Of a stretch of 64,000 nt of DNA, positions 56,744-64,000 are shown piece after piece. Source of the stretch: Oscillospiraceae bacterium (GTDB taxonomy: Bacteria > Bacillota > Clostridia > Oscillospirales > Ruminococcaceae); contig JBKEBS010000060.1 of the NCBI GenBank assembly GCA_047973265.1, positions 1,604 to 65,603 of the forward strand, given 5' to 3'. The notes beneath the pieces were generated by a model that did not search any database, was not told where the DNA came from, and saw only the letters and a program-made list of their open reading frames with translations. The first letter of the stretch is position 1. Each line of letters starts with the position of its first letter. Position numbers and translations under genes: made by a program.

Positions 56744-57859
56744 ATGAAAGACAAGCCGCTCTACCAACAACTGATGTCGCTGTATATCGACAAGATCACA
56801 GGGGGCGAGCTTTCGCCCGGCAGCCCTCTTCCATCCGAAGCGCAGATGACGGAGCTGCACGGCATCAGCAACATAACGGCCCGCCGGGTGCTCAACGAGC
56901 TGAAACGGGAGGGCTACGTGATCAGGGAGAAGGGCAGGGGCACCTATGTGGCCGAGCACAGCGAGCCGCTGCCGGGAAGCATGAAGGTGATCTCCCTGAT
57001 ACTGGCGCGGGACGACGCCTGGAGTAAATCCATGGAGATGGTTGCGGAGATATCGGGCAGGCTTGGCGCCATGGGCTACTATCTCAGCATTCATATTTCT
57101 CACGACGATGTGCGCTCCGAGGAGGCATTCATCCGCAAATCGGTGCGGGACGGGGTGGAGGGCATGATTCTCTACGGCGCAACCAGCAGCTCCAACGCCC
57201 AGCTGCTCATTGAACTCGGCGTGCGGGGCTATCCCCTTGTCATGCTGGACAGGCGCTTCGACGGCTTTCCGCTGCCCTCTGTCACCTCGGACAACGTGGG
57301 GGGCGCCGCGGCCATCACCAGATACCTGATTGAGCGCGGACACCGCAAAATCTGCTTTGTGTCCAACTTTTCCATCGCCGAAACTTCCTCGATCCGGGAG
57401 CGCTACCGCGGTTTTATGGAAGCCCTTTACAGCGCGAACCTCCAGGAGGAATTTGGGGGCTATTTCCTGATCCCCAACAGCCTCTTTGAGCGGCACCGCA
57501 CCGAGGGGAAAAAAGAGAAGGATTTGCGCAGGCTTTTAACCGGGATACAGGAGAGGGGCATCACGGCGGTGGTTTGCCTCAGCGACCCGGTGGCGTTTCA
57601 GCTGATGGCCTCGCTGGAGCAGGAGGGCATCTCGGTGCCGGAGCAGGTGTCGGTGGCGGGCTTCGACAATCTGGAGGATTCTGCCAGGAGCCTCGTGCCC
57701 CTCACCACGGTCAACCAGGATTTTTCCTCTATTGCCCGCATCGCGCTGGATGCATTGCTCGTCCAGTTGGAGGGCCGTGTGCCCGAGCCGCTCCACACGA
57801 TTGTGCCCACCACTATTGTGGAGCGGAAATCGGTGGCGGATTTGCGGGAGAAGCAATAA
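56744..57859 (+). CDS. GntR-HTH/LacI-sensor hybrid regulator (AraR-like)
   Basis: PLYQQL...LPSE...GRGTYV plus periplasmic-binding-fold VAGFDN and LTTVNQ. Confidence 0.92.
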   Translation: MKDKPLYQQLMSLYIDKITGGELSPGSPLPSEAQMTELHGISNITARRVLNELKREGYVIREKGRGTYVAEHSEPLPGSMKVISLILARDDAWSKSMEMVAEISGRLGAMGYYLSIHISHDDVRSEEAFIRKSVRDGVEGMILYGATSSSNAQLLIELGVRGYPLVMLDRRFDGFPLPSVTSDNVGGAAAITRYLIERGHRKICFVSNFSIAETSSIRERYRGFMEALYSANLQEEFGGYFLIPNSLFERHRTEGKKEKDLRRLLTGIQERGITAVVCLSDPVAFQLMASLEQEGISVPEQVSVAGFDNLEDSARSLVPLTTVNQDFSSIARIALDALLVQLEGRVPEPLHTIVPTTIVERKSVADLREKQ

Positions 57860-57896
57860 AAAGAGGGGAAAGCACTAGGCTTTCCCCTCTTTTTTT
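57858..57896. terminator. Bidirectional terminator overlapping the chorismate mutase 3' end
   Basis: AAAAAGAGGGGAAAGC-ACTAG-GCTTTCCCCTCTTTTTTT. Confidence 0.85.
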
Positions 57897-58162
57897 GCAT
57901 GCTCAATGCGCTTTTGCTGCTCCTGGCGGGAGAGGCGCATGATCTCGGTGTACAACGCTCGTACATACTCCGCCATGTCCGGTTCTGCCATCGCCGAGAG
58001 CCTGTCCAGCAGCGCCCTTTCCCGCTCCGGCTGGAGCACCTCCATGCCATGTTCCAGCTTGTAGTCGGCCACCTGGCGGGAGAGGCTCATGCGCTGCTGA
58101 AAGAGCTCCACCAGCCGGGTGTCGACTTCGTCAATCCTGTCGCGGTAATCCTGTAAGTCCAT
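57875..58162 (-). CDS. Stand-alone AroQ-type chorismate mutase
   Basis: LQDYRDRIDEVD..LVELFQQRM...VADYK...QPERE. Confidence 0.9.
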   Translation of the reverse strand: MDLQDYRDRIDEVDTRLVELFQQRMSLSRQVADYKLEHGMEVLQPERERALLDRLSAMAEPDMAEYVRALYTEIMRLSRQEQQKRIEHAKKEGKA

Positions 58163-59243
58163 TGGGATTGCCTCCTTCCATCAAACTGTCCAGCAGCCCC
58201 AGGGCCAGGCAGGCCTCCACGCAGGGGACAGCCCTGGGCACCACGCAGGGGTCATGCCTGCCGTGGATTTCCAGCTTGGCCTCCGTCATGGCCGCCATGT
58301 CCACCGTCTGTTGAGTCCGGGCGATGGAGGGGGTGGGTTTGAAAGCCACCCGGACGACGACCGGCATGCCGCTGGTAATTCCCCCGATGATTCCCCCGTG
58401 ATTGTTGGTAGACGTTTTGATTTGGCCATCCTCCAGGATGTAGGGGTCGTTGTGGGCGCTGCCCCGCAGCTTGGCGGCTTCAAAGCCCAGGCCAAATTCC
58501 ACCCCCCTCACTGCAGGAATGCCAAAGATGAGGGAGGCGAGGGTGTTTTCCAGCCCGTCAAAGATGGGGGAGCCAAGCCCCGCGGGGACGCCCACAGCGG
58601 CACACTCCACCACGCCGCCCACAGAGTCCAAATTCATCTTAGCGGCGGTGATTTCCCCCTCCATCCGTTTTCCCTGCGACCCATCCAAAACGGGGAAGGG
58701 CTTGGAGGAGAGGCTTTGCAGCAGCGACCGGTCGAGGTGCACGGGATCGAAGCTGCTGTCCTCCACCGGGCCGACAGAGGCGATGTGACCGCCGATTGTG
58801 ATACCGTGAGCCAGCAGAATCTCTTTGGCAACACCGCCCGCAAAGACCAGGGGTGCTGTGAGCCGGGCGGAGAAGTGCCCGCCCCCCCTGGGGTCGCCAA
58901 AGCCGGAGTAGCGCACCGCGCCGGTGTAGTCCCCGTGGGAGGGGCGTAGCGGCATCTGGGCGTAGTCCTCCGAGCGGGTGTCGGTGTTGCGGATGATGCC
59001 GCAGAGGGGCGTGCCGGTGGTCTTTCCCCGGAAGAAGCCGGACTGAATGTCCACGTGGTCGGGCTCCCGGCGGGCGGTGGAGTGGGAGGCGCCCCCCGGC
59101 GCGCGGCGGGCCATCAGCTCCTTGATGCGGTCACGATCCAGGGAATAGCCTGACGGGAGACCATCGATCACAACCCCGATGGATGCGCCGTGACTCTCGC
59201 CGAACAGGCTAATGCGGATGTTGCGGCCCCAGCTAGAGGACAT
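58131..59243 (-). CDS. aroC: Chorismate synthase
   Basis: GESHG, RPSHGD, GGGHFSARLT, KPTPSI and GRHDPC. Confidence 0.96.
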   Translation of the reverse strand: MSSSWGRNIRISLFGESHGASIGVVIDGLPSGYSLDRDRIKELMARRAPGGASHSTARREPDHVDIQSGFFRGKTTGTPLCGIIRNTDTRSEDYAQMPLRPSHGDYTGAVRYSGFGDPRGGGHFSARLTAPLVFAGGVAKEILLAHGITIGGHIASVGPVEDSSFDPVHLDRSLLQSLSSKPFPVLDGSQGKRMEGEITAAKMNLDSVGGVVECAAVGVPAGLGSPIFDGLENTLASLIFGIPAVRGVEFGLGFEAAKLRGSAHNDPYILEDGQIKTSTNNHGGIIGGITSGMPVVVRVAFKPTPSIARTQQTVDMAAMTEAKLEIHGRHDPCVVPRAVPCVEACLALGLLDSLMEGGNPNGLTGLPRQD

Positions 59244-60498
59244 TGCTGACACCCCCCAATAATTCTAAATCATCATAAAAAGTGGGATAGCTCTTGTTCA
59301 CGCATTCCGCGCCGCGAATCGTTACGGGTTCGGAGGCATTCAGCGCGGCGATGGACATGGCCATCGCAATACGGTGGTCGCCAAAGCCGTCCACAACCCC
59401 GCCGATGAGGGGCGTGCTGCCATAGACGATCAGGCTGTCCGGCCCCTCGTCCACCCTTGCGCCCAGGGCGGAGAGACCCTGAGCCGTGGCGTGAATGCGG
59501 TCGCTCTCCTTGTCCCGCAGCCGCCCGGCATTGACAAAACCCGTCGTGCCGTAGGCGCAGGCGGCGACCACCGCCAGGATGGGGAGAAGGTCGGGCATAT
59601 CGGAGACATCCAGATGCATACCGCCCAGGTGGCCGGAGGAAATGCGGCAGCCGCCCTCCCGGCGCTCCAGAGAGGCACCGAATAACCGCAGCACCTCAAG
59701 AATGGCGCGATCCGCCTGCAGGGATTCCTCCCGAAGGCCGGTCACCGTGATGTCGGAACCAATGGCGCCCGCCGCCAGCCAAAAAGCCGCTGCGGAATAG
59801 TCCCCTTCGACGGTGACCTCCGCCGGAGTGTAGCACTGCCCGCCCGGAATGTGGAAACAGTTTTCCCCGCGCTCGATGCGGATGCCGAAGCTGCTCTGCA
59901 TCTCCAGCGTCATGTCCACATAACCGGAGGATTCCAGCGGGGTGGTGAGGAGGATGTCGCTGTCCCCGGGGAGAAGGGGCAGGGCGAAGAGCAGGCCGGT
60001 GATGTATTGGGAGCTCACATTGCCGGGCAGGGTGAACGCGCCGCTTTGGAGCTGCCCGCTGACGGAGAGGATTTCCCCCTCGCTCTGTGGAGTACCCACC
60101 TGCACGCCGTGGGCCGCGAGAGCGTCGGCCAGATCGCCGATGGGCCGCTGCGGCAGGCGGCCTCTGCCGGTAAAGGTGGCGGATATGCCCAGCGCAGCGG
60201 CAACCGGGAGAAGAAAGCGCAGGGTGGAGCCGCTCTCGCCGCAATCCAGGACGACCGGTTCCCGGGTGGGGGCGATCCCCTTCACCAGCAACTCGCCCCT
60301 GTCGAGGGGGGAGAAGGAAGCCCCCATCGCCTGCAGGACACCGATTGTCGCCTTTGTATCCTCATTGTCGGCGAGATTGTGGAGGACGCTGCCTCCCTTT
60401 GCCAACGCCGCGCAGATCAGCGCCCGGTGGGAGGCGTACTTGGAGGGCTGCGCGGCGATTGTCCCCCGCAGCTTGCCCGGCTGAATGGTTCTATCCAT
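59233..60498 (-). CDS. aroA: EPSP synthase
   Basis: CGESGSTLRF, SSQY, RDKESDR, DHRIAM and KSYP. Confidence 0.95.
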   Translation of the reverse strand: MDRTIQPGKLRGTIAAQPSKYASHRALICAALAKGGSVLHNLADNEDTKATIGVLQAMGASFSPLDRGELLVKGIAPTREPVVLDCGESGSTLRFLLPVAAALGISATFTGRGRLPQRPIGDLADALAAHGVQVGTPQSEGEILSVSGQLQSGAFTLPGNVSSQYITGLLFALPLLPGDSDILLTTPLESSGYVDMTLEMQSSFGIRIERGENCFHIPGGQCYTPAEVTVEGDYSAAAFWLAAGAIGSDITVTGLREESLQADRAILEVLRLFGASLERREGGCRISSGHLGGMHLDVSDMPDLLPILAVVAACAYGTTGFVNAGRLRDKESDRIHATAQGLSALGARVDEGPDSLIVYGSTPLIGGVVDGFGDHRIAMAMSIAALNASEPVTIRGAECVNKSYPTFYDDLELLGGVSNVL

Positions 60499-61561
60499 TG
60501 CGGTTTTCCCCCTCCTTCAAGAATTCTTCCAGCTGCTCTACCGGCAGGGGAGTGATAGCCCATTTGCCGATTTCCGGGATGGTGATGAGATTGATGCTGT
60601 CCCCCTCCCGCTTCTTGTCCCCGAGGCAGGCGGCGGCAACCTGTGGGATGCCATATTCCAGCCGGGTGGGAAGGTGATAGCTGCGCATGGCCTCCTCAAT
60701 GGCCGCTTCTGTGCCGGGAGCGGTGAGGCCGGCGGCTTCCCCGCAGCGGGCAATCACGCACATGCCGATGGCGACGGCGCTGCCGTGAGAGACTCCGAAG
60801 CCGGAGAGCTTCTCCACTGCGTGACCCACCGTGTGGCCAAAGTTGAGAATCTGCCGCAGGCCCTTGTCCCGCTCATCCTGGGCGACGATCTCCGCCTTGA
60901 TGGCCACGCAACGGGCAACCACCTGCTCCAAAGAGGAGTTTCGCCAGCCCGGATTGGACAGCGCCTCGAAGAGGGTCTTGTCCCAGATACAGCCATACTT
61001 GACCGCCTCAGCCACTCCGTCAGTGAAGATGTTTTCGGGCAGGGTGAAGAACGTCGCGGTGTCGCAGAGCACCAGCCGGGGCTGCCAGAAACTGCCCACA
61101 AGGTTTTTGCCCTGGGGGATATTCACCGCCGTCTTGCCCCCTACCGAGGAGTCGATGGCGGCCAGCAGGGTGGTGGGAATCTGGACATAGTCCACGCCCC
61201 GCAGGTAGATGGAGGCGATGAAGCCGACCAAATCCCCCGTGACGCCGCCGCCCAGGGCGACCAGCAAATCGCCGCGTGTAAAGGAGCTGTCGGTGAGCCA
61301 GGAGATGATCTCCATGGCGGCGTTCATAGATTTGGAGGACTCCCCGGCGGGAAAGGTGAAAGGGAGGACGGAATAGCCCTCTGCCCCAATGCTTTCGCAA
61401 ACCCGCGCCGAGTAGAGGGGAGCGACATTGCTGTCGGCGATGACGGCCACTCTGGAGTAGCGGGTGTTCAGCTGTTTCAGTTCCGCTCCGACAGCAGCGA
61501 GGAGTCCTTCGCCGATTTTGACTTGGTAGGGCTTTCCGGTGTTTACCTGGATGAGTTCCAT
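60491..61561 (-). CDS. aroB: 3-dehydroquinate synthase
   Basis: GGGVTGD, DSSVGGKT, NFGHT and HGSAVA. Confidence 0.96.
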   Translation of the reverse strand: MELIQVNTGKPYQVKIGEGLLAAVGAELKQLNTRYSRVAVIADSNVAPLYSARVCESIGAEGYSVLPFTFPAGESSKSMNAAMEIISWLTDSSFTRGDLLVALGGGVTGDLVGFIASIYLRGVDYVQIPTTLLAAIDSSVGGKTAVNIPQGKNLVGSFWQPRLVLCDTATFFTLPENIFTDGVAEAVKYGCIWDKTLFEALSNPGWRNSSLEQVVARCVAIKAEIVAQDERDKGLRQILNFGHTVGHAVEKLSGFGVSHGSAVAIGMCVIARCGEAAGLTAPGTEAAIEEAMRSYHLPTRLEYGIPQVAAACLGDKKREGDSINLITIPEIGKWAITPLPVEQLEEFLKEGENRNG

Positions 61562-62421
61562 GACCTGCCCGCCCCTTTCTGTTCATTCTGCTCTATTTCC
61601 ACTTTCTCCTTGAGCAGGCAGCCCTTGCGCAGCTGCTCCTGGAGCTCCTCCTGCTTTCCATCGGCGATTAGCGCCCGAAATCGGGTGAGATTTGCCTGAA
61701 CGTTATCGATCTGCTCTACCAGGGGCCCTGCGTTGGCGAGGAACAGCTCACTCCACATCACCTCGTTGAGCTTTGCCACCCGGGTGAGGTCGCCGAAGCT
61801 GCCGGCGGAGAAGCCCATGTACTCCTCCGCTGTGGGGCTCTGCATGTAGGCGCTGGACACCACATGGGCAAGCTGGGAGGTGTAGGCGATGACCTCGTCG
61901 TGGTGCTGGGGGGTGGTGAGGGTCATGCGGCCAAAGCCCAGGCTGAGGAAGAGGGATTCCGCGTCCTCCAGGCGCTGGATGGGGAAGTCTTTTTCCGGGG
62001 TGAGAATCATGCTTGCTCCCCGGAAGAGCTCCGGCTGGGCGTTGTCATACCCCGAGCACTCCCGGCCCGCCATGGGATGGCCGCCCAGGAAATCCACGCC
62101 GGTTCCCGCGAACAGCTCCCGGCCGCGGCGGCAGACAGCGGTCTTGACCCCACACATATCCACAATCAGCGTGCCGGGGGAAAAGCTGTCCCGGAATTTT
62201 TCCAGAAAGGCGATGGTGTCGGCGGGGTAGAGGGAGATCAGCACCATGTCCCATCCGGCGAAGCTGTCCTCAACAATATCGTCGGCAGCGCCATCCGCCA
62301 TGGCCTTTGCAAGCACGTCCGGATTCTGGTCATAGCCGCCCACTTTGTGAAGGGTGTGGGCTTTCAGCGCCTTGGCAAGGGAGCCGCCGATGAGGCCAAG
62401 CCCCACAACTGCAATTTTCAT
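61543..62421 (-). CDS. tyrA: Prephenate dehydrogenase
   Basis: VGLGLIGGSLA, GGHPMAG, HD...TSQLAH and DLTRVA. Confidence 0.93.
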   Translation of the reverse strand: MKIAVVGLGLIGGSLAKALKAHTLHKVGGYDQNPDVLAKAMADGAADDIVEDSFAGWDMVLISLYPADTIAFLEKFRDSFSPGTLIVDMCGVKTAVCRRGRELFAGTGVDFLGGHPMAGRECSGYDNAQPELFRGASMILTPEKDFPIQRLEDAESLFLSLGFGRMTLTTPQHHDEVIAYTSQLAHVVSSAYMQSPTAEEYMGFSAGSFGDLTRVAKLNEVMWSELFLANAGPLVEQIDNVQANLTRFRALIADGKQEELQEQLRKGCLLKEKVEIEQNEQKGAGRSWNSSR

Positions 62422-62480
62422 GGGTTGTCTCCTGTCGGTTGATTTATTTTGAGCATGGAAGTAAACCGGCGAAAAGAGTG

Positions 62481-62855
62481 CTAGTTGCTCTCCCTTTTGA
62501 CAATGCTTACGCCGCCCTTGGCGTTTTCACCTGTCACAGAAACCGTATAGCTGCCGGTTTTATCTATTTCTACGGTAAAGGTGCTTGTTGGAATATCGAT
62601 GCCGCGATAGATCGGCTCGTCGTCTTCTTTTTGCAAGGTTATGTTCAATGCGCCGGACTCGCTGGTAACTACAAAATCAACAGAATCGCCCTCTTGAAGT
62701 TCCAGTATTTGAGAATCCGTTGTATTTAGAACTTTGTAGTCCATGATTAGTTGGCTTTGATTTCCTGTTCTGCTCCCGTCGAATTCTGTGAGAGAACAGC
62801 CTCCAAGGGTCAGCATGACAAAAATGAGTGTAAGTGCAAGTGTGATTTTTTTCAT
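62481..62855 (-). CDS. Small hypothetical lipoprotein inserted in the aro operon
   Basis: MKK...LGGC lipobox; visibly AT-richer codons than its neighbours. Confidence 0.8.
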   Translation of the reverse strand: MKKITLALTLIFVMLTLGGCSLTEFDGSRTGNQSQLIMDYKVLNTTDSQILELQEGDSVDFVVTSESGALNITLQKEDDEPIYRGIDIPTSTFTVEIDKTGSYTVSVTGENAKGGVSIVKRESN

Positions 62856-62858
62856 TTG

Positions 62859-63875
62859 CTACGCTCCCATTTCTTTCCCAAGCAGCTTCGCCATGGGCGT
62901 AAGCTCGCCCATCAGGGCCTCGAACTCCTCCGGACGCAGGGATTGGGCCCCGTCAGACCAGGCGTGCTCCGGGTCGTTGTGCACCTCGACGATGAGACCG
63001 TCCGCCCCCGCAGCCACCGCCGCCTTGCTCAGGGATGGCACCATCCAGGCGTGTCCCGCCGCGTGACTGGGATCGACCATCACAGGGAGATGGGAACGGG
63101 ATTTGAGGAAGGGGATGGCGGAGATGTCCAAGGTGTTGCGGGTGGCTGTCTCAAAGGTGCGGATGCCCCGCTCACAGAGGATGACCTTCTTGTTGCCGCC
63201 CGCCATGATGTACTCGGCGCTCATGAGCAGCTCCTCCAGGGTGTTGGCGAGGCCCCTTTTCAGCAGAATGGGTTTATCCACATGGCCCAGCTCCTTGAGA
63301 AGCTCGAAGTTCTGCATGTTGCGGGCCCCAACCTGGATGATGTCCACCTTTTCAAAGTGTTCCAGGTGCTCGATGCTCATGATCTCGGTGACGATGGGCA
63401 GGTCTGTCTGGGCCTTGGCCTCCAGCAGCAGCTCGATGCCCTTTGCCCGCATGCCCTGGAAGGCGTAGGGTGATGTGCGGGGTTTGAAAGCGCCTCCCCG
63501 GAGGAAGCCCGCGCCCGACTTCTTCACAGCCTCGGCCACACAGGTGATCTGCTCCTCCGACTCCACCGAGCAGGGCCCTGCGATAATCGAGATGGTGCCC
63601 TCGCCGATTGTGCGGCCGCTCACCTCGATGTGGGTGTCCTCGGGGTGCATCTTGCGGTTGGCGCTCTTGTAGGGCTCCTGAATTCTGCGGACATCCTCGA
63701 CGATGGAGATGGAGCGGATGAGGTTGAGATCGATGGATGTGGTGTCGCCGATCAGCCCCACGATTGTGAGCTTTTCGCCTACGATGACGTTATTATCCAG
63801 GCCCATGTCCTTAGTCCACTCCAAAAAGGTGTCCAGCTTCTCCTTGGGTGTGCCCGGCTTAACAATTACTACCAT
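62859..63875 (-). CDS. aroF: DAHP synthase type I-beta with N-terminal regulatory domain
   Basis: IAGPCSVES, GGAFKPRTSPY, GARNMQN and DPSH; AAAGGA SD before ATG 63875. Confidence 0.95.
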   Translation of the reverse strand: MVVIVKPGTPKEKLDTFLEWTKDMGLDNNVIVGEKLTIVGLIGDTTSIDLNLIRSISIVEDVRRIQEPYKSANRKMHPEDTHIEVSGRTIGEGTISIIAGPCSVESEEQITCVAEAVKKSGAGFLRGGAFKPRTSPYAFQGMRAKGIELLLEAKAQTDLPIVTEIMSIEHLEHFEKVDIIQVGARNMQNFELLKELGHVDKPILLKRGLANTLEELLMSAEYIMAGGNKKVILCERGIRTFETATRNTLDISAIPFLKSRSHLPVMVDPSHAAGHAWMVPSLSKAAVAAGADGLIVEVHNDPEHAWSDGAQSLRPEEFEALMGELTPMAKLLGKEMGA

Positions 63876-63893
63876 TTGAATCAGTCCTTTCTC

Positions 63894-63991
63894 AAAAATA
63901 AAAAGAACCGACTGCACAAGACAGCCGGCCCTTTCGGTTCCGAATCAATATGGATTACTGCGGCACAACACCGCGGCTATCCGGCTGTCTT
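63894..63991 (-). promoter_or_regulatory. Terminator/antiterminator pair (attenuator) in the aro operon leader
   Basis: Terminator GGCCGGCUG/CAGUCGGUU + CUUUUUAUUUUU; the upstream AAGACAGCCGG (63981-63991) is complementary to its 5' arm (63918-63928). Confidence 0.75.
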
Positions 63992-64000
63992 ATCAAATTG

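Overview
GC-rich chromosomal window. Gene content and sigma-A-type promoters suggest a Clostridia-class (Oscillospirales-like) bacterium, which is an inference. From left to right: glgP, a GH25 muramidase, a NUDIX hydrolase, a HelD-like helicase with a structured leader, a degenerate MNT-HEPN pair, prephenate dehydratase, and a YfhO + GT2 surface-glycosylation operon trailing into HAD/DUF4180/MPG genes. Then a small XRE + 53-aa gene switch, an RHH regulator + clpB, and about 38 kb of carbohydrate loci (19.4-57.9 kb, interrupted by yebC and a PASTA pseudokinase). These loci are: AraC + epimerase/lyase + Gfo; a ROK-controlled ABC + GH32 + fructokinase fructan locus; a DeoR-controlled 14-gene locus for an unknown sugar; and a GntR-LacI-controlled ABC + DgoD-like + SDR locus. 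The window ends with the aro operon (aroF-lipoprotein-tyrA-aroB-aroA-aroC-chorismate mutase) and its attenuator. Two candidates for novelty stand out. (1) The 32.0-46.8 kb catabolic locus has two YjbQ paralogues flanking an archaeal-type TIM, two GH109-like enzymes, a URO-D-like protein and no recognisable aldolase. (2) A dispersed non-coding element with terminal inverted repeats and compensatory stem changes occurs at 22382-22486 and 51865-52020. No CRISPR array, rRNA, tRNA, transposase or integrase was recognised. All calls come from reading motifs by eye; no database search was run.
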